Assembly: GCA_021780535.1 (NCBI GenBank)
Contig: JAJXYN010000009.1
Coordinates: 224,360-288,359, forward strand
Direction: 5' to 3'
DNA from: a bacterium
GTDB taxonomy: Bacteria; Patescibacteriota; Patescibacteriia; JAGPKW01
DNA: 64,000 nt
Part shown: positions 10,063 to 20,774 of the stretch, piece after piece
How the letters are laid out: each line of letters starts with the position of its first letter
Position numbering within the stretch: position 1 is the stretch's first letter
Notes under the pieces: generated by a model
Told to the model about the DNA's origin: nothing
The model's input: only the letters and a program-made list of their open reading frames with translations
Database searches by the model: none
Translations under genes and position numbers: made by a program

Positions 10063-11874
10063 TTATTTAGTTAATCCTTTTCTAAATCTTGCTTCTTCAA
10101 CCTCACTTAGCCATACCTTTCTAATTCTGACTGATTTTGGAGTTATTTCTACTAATTCATCGTCATTTATATATTCAAGCGCAAGCTCTAATTCCATTGT
10201 TTTTGGAGTTTTAATACCTTCCATTCCACCGTCTCCTTTAGATCTCATATTTGATAATTGTTTAGTCTTACAAATATTTACCCTAATGTCACCTTCTCTA
10301 GTGTTTTGTCCAACAACTTGTCCTTCATATATTTCTACTCCTGGACCAAAAAATAATTGACCTCTATCTTGTATATTTGTAATACCATAATTACTTGTTG
10401 TACCAGATTCGTTTGCTACAAGAGATCCATTTGTTCTATCTTTCCAAGTAAATGTATCTTCTTCATATTCATAGAAAACTGAATTTAATATACCCGTACC
10501 TTTTGTATCTGTCATAAATTCGTTTTTATAACCAAACAAACCTTTTGTAGGAATTATAAATTCTAAATGAGCTATTCCTTTATCTATTGATAAATTTTGC
10601 AATAATCCATTTCTATTTCCTAGTTTTTCCATGACAGCTCCCTGGTAGGCTTCTGGGACTTCAACAAATACTTGATCAAATGGAACCATTTTTTTCCCAT
10701 CTATTTCTTTAACAATTACTTGTGGTCTAGAAACCTGCAATTCATATCCTTCTCTTCTTAATCTTTCCATAAATATAGCAAGATGTAATTCTCCTCTTCC
10801 AGAAACAATCCATTTACCATCTTCTGTATCTTCTATTTTTAAAGCCATATCTGTTTCAAGTTCTTTATATAATCTTTCTTTTAATTGCCTACTTGTAACA
10901 TATTTGCCTTCTTTACCCATAAATGGGGAATCATTAATTAAAAATGTAGTTTTAACTGATGGTTCATCTATATGTAATAATGGTAATGCTATTGGATTTG
11001 CTGGATCAGCTATTGTTTCTCCAATTGTAATTTCTGGGATACCTGATACTGCAACTATTTCTCCGGCTACAGCTTTTTCTACCTCTATTCTTTGTAGTCC
11101 ATCAAAAGACATGAGAGAAGTAATTCTAAATTTCTTCATCTTACCTTCTCTATTAATATGGGCAACTTCTTGTCCTTTTTTTATCTGACCATTATATATT
11201 CTACCTGTGGCTGTTCTTCCTAAGAAATTATCAGATGATATAAATGTTGATAATATTTGAAGTGGGGCATCAATATTTCCATCCGCCTCTGGTATTTCTT
11301 TTATTACCATATCAAACAATGGGGATACGTCTGTCATTTTTGACATATCTGGTTCTAAACCTGCTAATCCATTTCTTGCGGAAGCATAAATTATTGGAAA
11401 TTCTAAAGCGTCATCATCTGCACCTAGCTCCATAAATAATTCATAAACCTTATCTATAACGTAATTTATCCTTGCACCATCTTTATCTATTTTATTTATA
11501 ACAACAATAATTTTATGATGTAATTCTAATGCTTTTTTAAGAACAAATCTTGTTTGAGGCATTGGACCTTCTTTTGCATCAACTAATAATAAACATCCAT
11601 CTGCCATTTTTAAAACTCTCTCCACTTCTCCACCAAAATCAGCATGACCTGGTGTGTCTATAATATTAAATTTAACATCCTTCCACATTACTGAAGCATT
11701 TTTTGAGAAAATAGTAATACCTCTTTCTTTCTCTATATCGTTATTATCCATAATACAGATGGTATTTTCTTGATCTTTTGTAAACTTTGTTTTTGCTTGT
11801 CTTAAAAGAGCATCTACCAATGTTGTTTTACCATGATCAACGTGGGCTATGATAGCTATATTTCTTACTTTCAT
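10063..11874 (-). CDS. typA: Translational GTPase TypA/BipA
   Basis: AHVDHGKTT, DTPGHADFGGEVER, GRGELHL, DDELVEITP. Confidence 0.98.
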   Translation of the reverse strand: MKVRNIAIIAHVDHGKTTLVDALLRQAKTKFTKDQENTICIMDNNDIEKERGITIFSKNASVMWKDVKFNIIDTPGHADFGGEVERVLKMADGCLLLVDAKEGPMPQTRFVLKKALELHHKIIVVINKIDKDGARINYVIDKVYELFMELGADDDALEFPIIYASARNGLAGLEPDMSKMTDVSPLFDMVIKEIPEADGNIDAPLQILSTFISSDNFLGRTATGRIYNGQIKKGQEVAHINREGKMKKFRITSLMSFDGLQRIEVEKAVAGEIVAVSGIPEITIGETIADPANPIALPLLHIDEPSVKTTFLINDSPFMGKEGKYVTSRQLKERLYKELETDMALKIEDTEDGKWIVSGRGELHLAIFMERLRREGYELQVSRPQVIVKEIDGKKMVPFDQVFVEVPEAYQGAVMEKLGNRNGLLQNLSIDKGIAHLEFIIPTKGLFGYKNEFMTDTKGTGILNSVFYEYEEDTFTWKDRTNGSLVANESGTTSNYGITNIQDRGQLFFGPGVEIYEGQVVGQNTREGDIRVNICKTKQLSNMRSKGDGGMEGIKTPKTMELELALEYINDDELVEITPKSVRIRKVWLSEVEEARFRKGLTK

Positions 11875-11901
11875 TATAGTTTTATTTAATTACATATTAA
11901 A

Positions 11902-12064
11902 TTAAATAATTGATAAATTCCCAGATGTTAAATTTTATAATTTTCTATCATCAAAATCCTAAATTTAAAAACTCGCTTCGATCAGACAGGTTTAAATTTT
12001 TAACGGATTTTAATTTCTGAAAATTTAATAAAATATTAACAATGTGAATTTATTAATTATTTAA
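11902..12064. repeat. ~163-nt imperfect intergenic palindrome
   Basis: Three nested paired blocks (outer TTAAATAATTGATAAATTC / GAATTTATTAATTATTTAA) around a GC-richer apical loop ACTCGCTTCGATCAGACAGG. Confidence 0.8.
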
Positions 12065-12174
12065 CCCTAATTTACTTACATAAAAAGTTCTATGATTCTA
12101 CTATTTTTTGCAAAAAATGTCAAATATTTGCTTAAAAATAAAATGGTGAGCTGATAGCTCACCGCTTAAAAATG

Positions 12175-13074
12175 TTAATACATTAAATTCTGCAACACTT
12201 TATATGATCTTAATTTTCTTAATGTGCTTGTTTCTATTTGACGTATTCTTTCTCTTGTTACTCCAAATTTATCACCAACTTCTTCTAGTGTATGTTGTTT
12301 AAGACCATAAAGACCGAACCTCATGCCAATAATCAATCTTTCTCTATCTTCAAGCTCACACATCACATCCTTGATATGTTCTGAAATTAAATCATTTAAA
12401 TAAATATCTTCAATTTTCATAGATTTTTTGTCTTCTATAAATTCAATTAATGGCGTTTCATCTCCAGAACTTGCTCCAGCATCCAAAGATGACATTTCTT
12501 CTGCAGACCACAATAATAGATTTATTTTTTCACGAGACATTTTTGTAAATTGTAATATTTCTTGAATAGTTGGCTCTCTATTGAAACGTGTAGTTAATAT
12601 TCTTATATGACGCTTCAATTTAACAACTTCACCATATACATTTAGTGGCAATCTAGCAACCAATCCTCTTTCTGCTAAAGATTTCATTATTGACTGCTTT
12701 ATCCACCAAATGGCATACGTGGATAACCTGCAATCTTTTCCTAATTTAAATTTTTTTATAGCTTTTATAAGACCGATATTTCCTTCTTGAATTAAATCAG
12801 CAAAAGGCATTACTTTGCTTACATAATTTTTTGCCACAAAAACTACAAGCCGAGCACAAGATTCAAACAAGATTCTTTCTATGTTACTTATTTTTTCATT
12901 TAACACTTGTTTTTCCGACTCTTCTTTATAATTTTCTAATTTTTCTAATTCTAAAGATCTTAATTCTTTAAACAGAGTAATTTCTTCCTCTGCTGTTATG
13001 GTTTTAAACCTTCTAATACTTTTTAAATAAATATCTGCTTCCGATTCTGAGAAAATTTGGTCACGTCCAAGCAT
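12175..13074 (-). CDS. RpoD/RpoS-family (group 2-like) sigma factor
   Basis: [26 protein letters not shown]...[10 protein letters not shown]; lacks region 1.1. Confidence 0.9.
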   Translation of the reverse strand: MLGRDQIFSESEADIYLKSIRRFKTITAEEEITLFKELRSLELEKLENYKEESEKQVLNEKISNIERILFESCARLVVFVAKNYVSKVMPFADLIQEGNIGLIKAIKKFKLGKDCRLSTYAIWWIKQSIMKSLAERGLVARLPLNVYGEVVKLKRHIRILTTRFNREPTIQEILQFTKMSREKINLLLWSAEEMSSLDAGASSGDETPLIEFIEDKKSMKIEDIYLNDLISEHIKDVMCELEDRERLIIGMRFGLYGLKQHTLEEVGDKFGVTRERIRQIETSTLRKLRSYKVLQNLMY

Positions 13075-13164
13075 ATATATTATCCTCCTATATAAAATTT
13101 GAATGTTATAAAAAAGATATCAAGTTTATTTGATATTGGCAAATTCTTATGATAAAGTTTAGAT

Positions 13165-13812
13165 ATGTCTAAAAAAATTGTTATAAATAAAATTAAAGAA
13201 TTAAAAAAAGAAATATCTTCTTTAGTTGATATTAGGCTGTCTGATTTTAAAAAAAATATTACAAAAAATGATAATGAACTTTTTGTTGAATTGTGCTTTT
13301 GTATTATTGTCGCAAACAATTCTATAGAAAATGGTCTTAGAGCTTATAATTCTATTGGCTTAGATTTTTTAAAATTTGAAGAAAAGGAATTAAAAGAAAA
13401 ACTTAGAATAACCGCGAGAAGATTTTATAATAAGAGAGCTGAGTATATTATAGACGCTAGAAAAATTAAAAATGATTTATATAAAAAAATTAAAGAATTA
13501 AAGAATTTAGAAATTAAAGAATTAGATTTTAGAAATTGGTTAGCAGAAAACATAAAAGGATTCGGATTAAAAGAAGCTTCTCATTATATGAGAAATTTGG
13601 GATTTTTTAATTTTGCTATTCTTGATAGACATATTTTAAAATTTCTATACAAAAATGAAATTATAACAGAAATCCCAAAAACTATTACTAAAAAAAATTA
13701 TTTTGAAATTGAAAAAATTATTTTAGATCTGGCAGAAGATTTACATATGAGCATGGCTGAATTAGATGTTTATCTTTTTTATATAGATTCTGGAAGAATA
13801 TGCGAAAAATAA
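13165..13812 (+). CDS. ogg: N-glycosylase/DNA lyase (Ogg2-type 8-oxoguanine DNA glycosylase)
   Basis: ELCFCI, IKGFGLKEASHYMRNLG, AILDRHIL motifs. Confidence 0.88.
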   Translation: MSKKIVINKIKELKKEISSLVDIRLSDFKKNITKNDNELFVELCFCIIVANNSIENGLRAYNSIGLDFLKFEEKELKEKLRITARRFYNKRAEYIIDARKIKNDLYKKIKELKNLEIKELDFRNWLAENIKGFGLKEASHYMRNLGFFNFAILDRHILKFLYKNEIITEIPKTITKKNYFEIEKIILDLAEDLHMSMAELDVYLFYIDSGRICEK

Positions 13813-13844
13813 AAAACACAAATTATTTTTAATCTGTGTTTTTT
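13811..13844. terminator. Bidirectional terminator between ogg and pyk
   Basis: AAAAAACACA...TGTGTTTTTT inverted repeat. Confidence 0.6.
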
Positions 13845-13851
13845 ATTTATA

Positions 13852-15282
13852 TTAGATAGTAAACAATCTTATTGAATTATTAATATCTTTTATATTAAAA
13901 TGCATTCCTGAAATTATTAAAACATTTTCACCTTGTTTAATCATTTCTTTTTCTTTTAACTCTTCAATAATGCAATCCATTTTATCTCCTTTGTACTTAT
14001 TAAAATCAATAAATATTGGTTTTATTCCGTATGACATTGTTAATCTTTTTGAAATATTTATATTTTCTGTTACTGCTATTGTTGGGATTTTCAATCTATA
14101 CGATGATATAACTTTTGATGTAAATCCAGATTCTGTGAATACAATAATTTTATCTATGTTTATATTACTTTTGTCTTCAATCATAGCAACAGCTGTTCTA
14201 GCTAATAAATGAGACACTCCTATTGCCTCTGTTTCAGTGTCTGTTGGCTTAAGAGTTGGGGCAAATTCTTCATTATAATCAGCTATTTTAGCCATTGTTT
14301 CAACTGCTTTTACTGGATATTTTCCAGCAGCTGTTTCTCCTGATAACATAACTGCATCTGTTCCGTAAAGCACAGCATTTGAAACGTCTGTCGCCTCTGC
14401 TCTTGTTGGTCTTGAATTTTGACACATTGATTCTAACATTTGTGTAGCTGTAATAACAGTTTTGTTTGCTGCTCTACATTTTTCTACCATCTTTTTTTGT
14501 TCATTAGCTATTCTTTCTATTGGAATTTCTATACCTAAATCCCCTCTAGCTATCATAATAGCATCAGAAGCTTCTATAATTTCATCTATATTATTTAAAC
14601 CTTCCTGATTTTCTATTTTTGAAACTATCCAAGAATCAAGATTTCTTTTTGCCATTTCTTCTCTGGCTTTTATAACATCTTCTTTTGATCTACAAAAACT
14701 TATAGCTATAAAATCTGCTTTCATTTCTGCTGCTAAGTCTAGCTTATCAAAATCATCTTGAGTTAATGCTGGAATTTTTGATAATTTTTTATCTGGCAAA
14801 TTTAATCCTTTTCTATTTTTAACTAAACAATCTCCTTGAGCTTCTGCATAAACTCCATTTGAAGTTTTTTCTATTACTTTGAATTCATAAAAACCGTCAT
14901 CTATTAAAATAGAATCACCAACATTTAATTCTTCAAAAATTACACTGTGAGAAATTTTAACTGATTGGGCATCTGTTGTGCTAAAATCTGATCCAAAATG
15001 TAATTTATTGCCATTTTTAACTTCTATTGGAGCTTTATCTGTTGTATCAACTCTTATATCTGGCCCTTGAAGATCAAATAATATTCCAACATTTGCTCCT
15101 AATTTTTTTATAACTTCTTGAGCTCTTTCTACTTTTGGTCTATACATTTCAGCTGGCTCATGCTTCATATTAAATCTAAAAACATTAACACCTGCTTTTA
15201 CTAATGATTCTAATGTTTCAGAAGAATCTGAGGCTGGCCCTATTGTTGCAACTATTTTCGTTTTTCTATTTCCTAAGAACAT
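13852..15282 (-). CDS. pyk: Pyruvate kinase
   Basis: TKIVATIGPA, ARGDLG, ATQMLESM, PTRAEATDV, MLSGETA. Confidence 0.98.
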   Translation of the reverse strand: MFLGNRKTKIVATIGPASDSSETLESLVKAGVNVFRFNMKHEPAEMYRPKVERAQEVIKKLGANVGILFDLQGPDIRVDTTDKAPIEVKNGNKLHFGSDFSTTDAQSVKISHSVIFEELNVGDSILIDDGFYEFKVIEKTSNGVYAEAQGDCLVKNRKGLNLPDKKLSKIPALTQDDFDKLDLAAEMKADFIAISFCRSKEDVIKAREEMAKRNLDSWIVSKIENQEGLNNIDEIIEASDAIMIARGDLGIEIPIERIANEQKKMVEKCRAANKTVITATQMLESMCQNSRPTRAEATDVSNAVLYGTDAVMLSGETAAGKYPVKAVETMAKIADYNEEFAPTLKPTDTETEAIGVSHLLARTAVAMIEDKSNINIDKIIVFTESGFTSKVISSYRLKIPTIAVTENINISKRLTMSYGIKPIFIDFNKYKGDKMDCIIEELKEKEMIKQGENVLIISGMHFNIKDINNSIRLFTI

Positions 15283-15436
15283 ATATTTACTTTTTTATTA
15301 TTTTAACTTATTTATGTAGATATATTATGTTATATTATTTTTATAAAAAAATCAATTTGATATTTTATTATTGCTTATTTTCATGTTTTGTCTATAATAT
15401 TATTATATTATAATAATTATTAATTATACTCTTTAT

Positions 15437-16060
15437 ATGGATATGCAAAATAACAAATCAAAAACATTGATGATAATATTATCTATTTTTGGTGGAATAT
15501 TGCTTTTGGCTATAATATTTTTTGGATGGATATTTGGTGTAAAAAACAGCATTGTTACAAAAGAACAATCTGTTAATTCTTCTTGGGCTCAAGTTCAAAA
15601 TCAATATCAAAGAAGATATGATTTGATTCCAAACTTAGTAGAAACCGTTAAAGGATATGCTACTCAAGAAAAAGATACATTCACACAAGTTACCGAAGCT
15701 AGAAGTAAAGCTTCCTCATTCCAAATTACTCCAGAAGTATTAAATAACCCTGAATCTTTTCAAAAATTTCAGGCTATACAGGGTGAATTGAGCTCTGCTT
15801 TATCTAGACTTATGGCTGTATCAGAAAATTATCCTACACTTAAATCAAACGAGAATTTCTTGCAACTTCAATCTCAACTTGAAGGAACAGAAAACAGAAT
15901 CTCTGTTGAAAGAAATAGATATAATGAAACCATACAATCTTATAACACTTTTATTAAATTATTTCCTCAAAGTTTTGTAGCATCAATGTTTGGATTTGCT
16001 GAAAAACCTTATTTTGAAGCTGCTAGCAATGCTCAAAATGCTCCGAAGGTTCAATTCTAA
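15437..16060 (+). CDS. lemA: LemA family protein
   Basis: QYQRRYDLIPNLVETVKGY, YPTLKSNENF, EGTENRISVERNRYN. Confidence 0.95.
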   Translation: MDMQNNKSKTLMIILSIFGGILLLAIIFFGWIFGVKNSIVTKEQSVNSSWAQVQNQYQRRYDLIPNLVETVKGYATQEKDTFTQVTEARSKASSFQITPEVLNNPESFQKFQAIQGELSSALSRLMAVSENYPTLKSNENFLQLQSQLEGTENRISVERNRYNETIQSYNTFIKLFPQSFVASMFGFAEKPYFEAASNAQNAPKVQF

Positions 16061-16070
16061 TAATAAAAAA

Positions 16071-16547
16071 ATGAAAAATAAAAAATCAATATTATTTATA
16101 TTAATGATTTTTGTAATGTTTTTTTTACAAGGATGCTCTTTTAATTTTAATAAAAAAACCAATACTAATAACAACAATAACCAAAACCAAACCATAAAAA
16201 CAACAAAAGAAATTGATTATGTAAAAGAAATTTCAAAAAATGAAAATACTAACAATGCGAGTGAATGTAATATTTATGTAGATAGAGTTAATACAGAAAT
16301 AGAACAATATAAAAAAAGAGTTAGTAAAACAACTACTGGAGCAAGCGAGGAGTTTAAACTTATAGGAATATTTAAATCTAAAACATTAAATAAATGTTTT
16401 TATGTTTTAGAAGATTCTTATACAAATAACAATAATAAGATGGTTGATTATATAATAAATAATGCTCAAGCTGAAGAAACTATAGATATATTTAATAATG
16501 TTGATTATAAATTTTTAAATGAAAGAATTGGTGAACTTCAAAAATAA
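16071..16547 (+). CDS. Putative lipoprotein
   Basis: Start reassigned to ATG at 16071 (MKNKKSILFILMIFVMFFLQGC, lipobox-like), which avoids the overlap with lemA. Confidence 0.65.
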   Translation: MKNKKSILFILMIFVMFFLQGCSFNFNKKTNTNNNNNQNQTIKTTKEIDYVKEISKNENTNNASECNIYVDRVNTEIEQYKKRVSKTTTGASEEFKLIGIFKSKTLNKCFYVLEDSYTNNNNKMVDYIINNAQAEETIDIFNNVDYKFLNERIGELQK

Positions 16548-17268
16548 GAATAATAAAAAAAATAGAAAAATATTTTTGTTTTTCTCTTTTTTTATATTTT
16601 CTTTTTTTGTTTTTAAAAACTGTTTTGCTATAGAAATTCCAAAACTAAATAATTATGTAAACGATTTTACCAACACATTAAACCAGAGTCAGAAAAATGA
16701 ATTAGAACAACAACTTTCTGATTTTGATAAAAAAACAAGCAACCAAATAGTTTTTTTAATGATAAATTCTCTAAACAATGAAGATGTAATAGAAAATTAT
16801 TCATTAAAAGTTGCTGAATTAAATAAAATAGGTTCTAATGGGAAAGATAATGGCGTTTTATTTACGGTTATAAAAAATGATAAAAAATTAAGAATAGAAG
16901 TTGGTTATGGCCTTGAAGGATTTTTAACTGATGCTAAAAGTAGTTATATAATAAGAAATATTATTACCCCACAATTTAAAAATAATGATTATTATTCCGG
17001 AATTAAAAATGGCCTAAATGAAATAATAAAAGTTGCTTCTGATGCTAATTACTTAAACGACAAAATACAAAGCAATAACAATAATAATTCTACTAACCCT
17101 ATTTTTGGAATTTTAATAACTATATTTTTTGTTATATTGTTTATAAAATATCCTAATTTGTTTTTATTTTTATTATTTTCTGGTGGATTTAATGGCAGAA
17201 GTGGAAGAGGTGGATTTTCTGGTGGTGGAGGTGGATTTGGCGGAGGTGGATCTTCTGGTAGTTGGTAA
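16519..17268 (+). CDS. TPM-domain (YgcG-like) membrane protein
   Basis: KDNGVLF, RIEVGYGLEG and a Gly-rich tail ending GGGSSGSW. Confidence 0.92.
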   Translation: MKELVNFKNKNNKKNRKIFLFFSFFIFSFFVFKNCFAIEIPKLNNYVNDFTNTLNQSQKNELEQQLSDFDKKTSNQIVFLMINSLNNEDVIENYSLKVAELNKIGSNGKDNGVLFTVIKNDKKLRIEVGYGLEGFLTDAKSSYIIRNIITPQFKNNDYYSGIKNGLNEIIKVASDANYLNDKIQSNNNNNSTNPIFGILITIFFVILFIKYPNLFLFLLFSGGFNGRSGRGGFSGGGGGFGGGGSSGSW

Positions 17269-17277
17269 ATTGTATAA

Positions 17278-17375
17278 TATAAAACTAATAACAATATTTT
17301 ATTCTCTGTGTTCCGCTCAATTGGGATATTAATGGAGCTTCACAACGTTCAGAAAACATTGTTATTAGTTTTATA
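17278..17375. repeat. ~98-nt intergenic palindrome with perfect 18-bp terminal inverted repeats
   Basis: TATAAAACTAATAACAAT (17278-17295) / ATTGTTATTAGTTTTATA (17358-17375), with weaker inner pairing. Confidence 0.8.
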
Positions 17376-17398
17376 AATAATTATATATTTTAATAAAT

Positions 17399-17851
17399 AT
17401 GTTTCAAAAAAAAATTTATAAAATTTTATCCAAAGAAGATCTTAAAAAAATATCTTCCGAAATTAAAAAAGCTGAAGAAAATACATCTGCCGAGATTGTT
17501 GTTTCTATTAAAAACAAAGTTCCTTTTATTTTTAATAGAAATGTTTATAAATTTGCATTGTCTCTTTTTAAGTTTTATAAGGTTCACAAAACAAAAGATC
17601 GAACTGGAATATTAATTTTATTTGTACTTCAAAGTAAACAATTCCATATCATAGGAGATATTGGAATATATAAAAAAATTAATCAAAATGTTTGGGATAA
17701 TTTATCTTCATCAATATCAAATCATATTAAAGAAAAAAGTTTATTAGATGGAATATTGCTCTCTATAAAACTAGTCAGCAAACTTGTTGATTATGATATT
17801 CCAAAAAAAAATGATGACAAAAATGAAATATCTGATAATGTAAGATTTTAA
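17399..17851 (+). CDS. TPM-domain protein
   Basis: AEENTSAEI, TKDRTGIL, IIGDIGI, NEISD motifs; usual lemA-TPM-TPM context. Confidence 0.88.
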   Translation: MFQKKIYKILSKEDLKKISSEIKKAEENTSAEIVVSIKNKVPFIFNRNVYKFALSLFKFYKVHKTKDRTGILILFVLQSKQFHIIGDIGIYKKINQNVWDNLSSSISNHIKEKSLLDGILLSIKLVSKLVDYDIPKKNDDKNEISDNVRF

Positions 17852-17907
17852 TAAAAATAAAAAAGTGGTCGCTTTATTTGGTGTCCACTTTTTATAATTA
17901 CTTTTTA

Positions 17908-19263
17908 TTAATTTATATTTAATTCATCTCCTATTTTTGGTTGAAATGTTTTAAACCCAAAATTATTTTTTATTGCTTTTGCTAAGGCATCTCCTTTTTC
18001 TTTTTCTCCATGAATAACAATTACTTCTTCTAGCATATTCTTATCAAAATTAGAAAGCCAAGAAATAGTTTGTGGTTCATCTGCATGTGCAGAATATCCA
18101 CCTATAGCATCAACTGTTAAATTAACATTAAATTCTCTATCTTCTATCTCAACAATTTTTTCTCCATCAAATATTTTTCTTCCAAGTGTGCCTATTGCCT
18201 GATAGCCAACAAATATTAAAAAGTTTTTTGGATCTTCTATGTATTGTTTTAAATGTTTTGTAATTCTACCGCCAGTACACATACCAGACCCTGCTATAAC
18301 TATTTTTGGGCCTTTGACAGAATTTATTCTCTTTGATTCATCCACAGTATTAGTCATTACCAACCCTTGAAAATCAAATATATCATCTCCTGATTTTATT
18401 ATAGACATAGTTTCTTTATCATACAAATATTCATAATTTTTAAATACTCCTGTAATTTTATTTGCGAGTGGACTATCTATAAAAACTGGCAATGGCACTA
18501 TCTCACCATGCTCTACCATATTATTTAATTCATACATTATTTCTTGTGTTCTTTCTAATGCAAACGATGGAATTAATAATGTACTTTCTTTATTGAAAAC
18601 ATTAAAAACCGCCTGTTTTAATTTTTTTAATCTTATTTCTTTACTCTCATGAGTGATGCCACCATAGGTTGATTCAATAAAAACATAATTTGCTTCTTTT
18701 ATAATATCTGGCATTTTTAATATTGGAGATGGATAATTCCCAAGATCTCCAGAGAAAACCATTTTTTTATTTTCTATAAAAATTTCTATTGCTGCTGATC
18801 CTAGAATATGGCCAGCATCGTTGAATCTAAATTTTACAGAATCAAATTCTTTCAATTCTCCATATTCAACCGTTTCAAATAAACTAACACAGTTCATCGC
18901 ATCTTCTAATTCATATATTGGCCTTTCTCCTGTTTTAAAATATTTGTCCAATATCAAGTTTGCTGCATCCTCAAATAGCAATTTACATATATCTCTTGTT
19001 GGTCTTGTAGAAAATATTTTACCTCTAAAACCTTGTCTATATAATTTTGGTAATAATCCGGAATGATCTAAATGAGAATGTGTTAAAAATAATGCCTGTA
19101 TATTTTTTGGATTAAAATCAAAATCTTTGTAATTAATTTTTTCTAAATTTGGATCTCCTTGAAACAAACCGCAATCAACTAAAAATTGACTACCAGAATT
19201 TGTAATTATTTGATAACAAGATCCTGTTACTTCCTGAGCCGCACCATGAAATATTATTTTCAT
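17908..19263 (-). CDS. MBL-fold beta-CASP metallo-hydrolase (RNA processing type)
   Basis: THSHLDH, AGHILGSA, ESTYG, SGMCTGGR, YSAHAD, HGE motifs. Confidence 0.93.
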   Translation of the reverse strand: MKIIFHGAAQEVTGSCYQIITNSGSQFLVDCGLFQGDPNLEKINYKDFDFNPKNIQALFLTHSHLDHSGLLPKLYRQGFRGKIFSTRPTRDICKLLFEDAANLILDKYFKTGERPIYELEDAMNCVSLFETVEYGELKEFDSVKFRFNDAGHILGSAAIEIFIENKKMVFSGDLGNYPSPILKMPDIIKEANYVFIESTYGGITHESKEIRLKKLKQAVFNVFNKESTLLIPSFALERTQEIMYELNNMVEHGEIVPLPVFIDSPLANKITGVFKNYEYLYDKETMSIIKSGDDIFDFQGLVMTNTVDESKRINSVKGPKIVIAGSGMCTGGRITKHLKQYIEDPKNFLIFVGYQAIGTLGRKIFDGEKIVEIEDREFNVNLTVDAIGGYSAHADEPQTISWLSNFDKNMLEEVIVIHGEKEKGDALAKAIKNNFGFKTFQPKIGDELNIN

Positions 19264-19374
19264 AATTTCTGTTTAATTATTATCGTTTTAGTATTATAGC
19301 AAAATATAGAATAATAATAAACGAAAAGAGATGCGATAAAACACATCTCTTTATTCACTAAGCTCGTTAATTCT

Positions 19375-20679
19375 CTAATAATCTTCTACTTTTGTGATTT
19401 TATGGCTCTTTCTTATTTTTTCTAATGCTTTTGCTTCAATTTGTCTTATACGCTCTCTTGTTACTCCAAACTCTTGGCCAACTTCTTCAAGCGTGTGAGT
19501 AACTCCATCTGTAAGACCAAATCTCATTTCTAATATCTTCTTTTCCCTTGGCTGTAATTCATCTATTATTTCTGCTATATAATTTTTCAAAAGCTCTAAT
19601 TGTACTATTCTAGAAGGAGATTTTGTTTGTTTATCTTCAATAAAATCAGCTAAAGTACTTTCTTTATCATCAGATTTATTACTTATAGATGTTTCTATTG
19701 AAACTGTATCTTGAGAAATATCTATAACGTGTCTAATTTTTTTAATATCTTCATTCATTTCTGCTGCCAATTCTTCTGGTAATGGCTCTCTCCCTAACTC
19801 TTGAAGTAATTTTCTTTGTACTTGTTGAAATTTATTAATTGTTTCAACCATGTGAACTGGAATCCTTATAGTTCTTGATTGATCTGCTAATGCTCTTGTA
19901 ATTGCCTGTCTAATCCACCATGTAGCATATGTAGAAAACTTATAACCTCTTTTATAATCAAATTTTTCTACAGCTCTAAAAAGACCAATGTTACCTTCTT
20001 GTATTAAATCAAGTAAAGATAATTTTCTACCAGTAAATTTTTTTGCGATAGAAACAACTAGTCTAAGATTTGCTTCTATAAGTTTTTGTTTTGCAAGCCT
20101 TTCTCCTTTATCTTTTCTTTTAGCTAAAGCCATTTCTTCTGAAAATGTTAAAAGAGCTACACTACCTATTTCTCTTAAATACATTTGTATAGAATCTGAA
20201 GAAACTAATTCTGCTTCTAATTTTTTTAGTAGTGGGATTTCAATATCTGACTCATTTTTTACCTTTTTTGTTTTCGTTTTTTTAGTATCTTTAACATTAC
20301 TCTTTGGTTCTTCTTTTTTAATCCTTGCTGTCCCAAATATTGCTTCTGTTGTTTCTATAAGTTCTACTCCTAAAATATCTAAAACATCTAAGAATCTTTC
20401 AAATTCTTTTATACAATTTTCTATGTTAGACATAGAATAAAGTATCTCATCTTCTGTTATAAAACCTCTTGTTTTACCTTTTTGAATAAGATTTTTTGCT
20501 TCTTGTTTTACCCAATACGTGTTTTCAGAATCTATATCTTCTATATTTATTTTGGCAAATTTCATGTCGCCAATTATATCATCAATAGCATCTTCTTGAG
20601 CATTTGTTTCTAACAAATCTTCTTCCTGCTCTAGATCAATAGAGTTTTTATAAGATAAATCTGTTACTATTTTCGGCAT
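19375..20679 (-). CDS. rpoD: Primary sigma factor RpoD
   Basis: Region 1.1-like N-terminus; [40 protein letters not shown]; lies downstream of dnaG. Confidence 0.97.
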   Translation of the reverse strand: MPKIVTDLSYKNSIDLEQEEDLLETNAQEDAIDDIIGDMKFAKINIEDIDSENTYWVKQEAKNLIQKGKTRGFITEDEILYSMSNIENCIKEFERFLDVLDILGVELIETTEAIFGTARIKKEEPKSNVKDTKKTKTKKVKNESDIEIPLLKKLEAELVSSDSIQMYLREIGSVALLTFSEEMALAKRKDKGERLAKQKLIEANLRLVVSIAKKFTGRKLSLLDLIQEGNIGLFRAVEKFDYKRGYKFSTYATWWIRQAITRALADQSRTIRIPVHMVETINKFQQVQRKLLQELGREPLPEELAAEMNEDIKKIRHVIDISQDTVSIETSISNKSDDKESTLADFIEDKQTKSPSRIVQLELLKNYIAEIIDELQPREKKILEMRFGLTDGVTHTLEEVGQEFGVTRERIRQIEAKALEKIRKSHKITKVEDY

Positions 20680-20774
20680 TTAATTATAGTTTAAATTTAT
20701 TAAATTTATTAAATTTTTAAACTCTAATATTTTTATCAATTAATTTATAGTATTAATTCACAAAAATATTTTAT

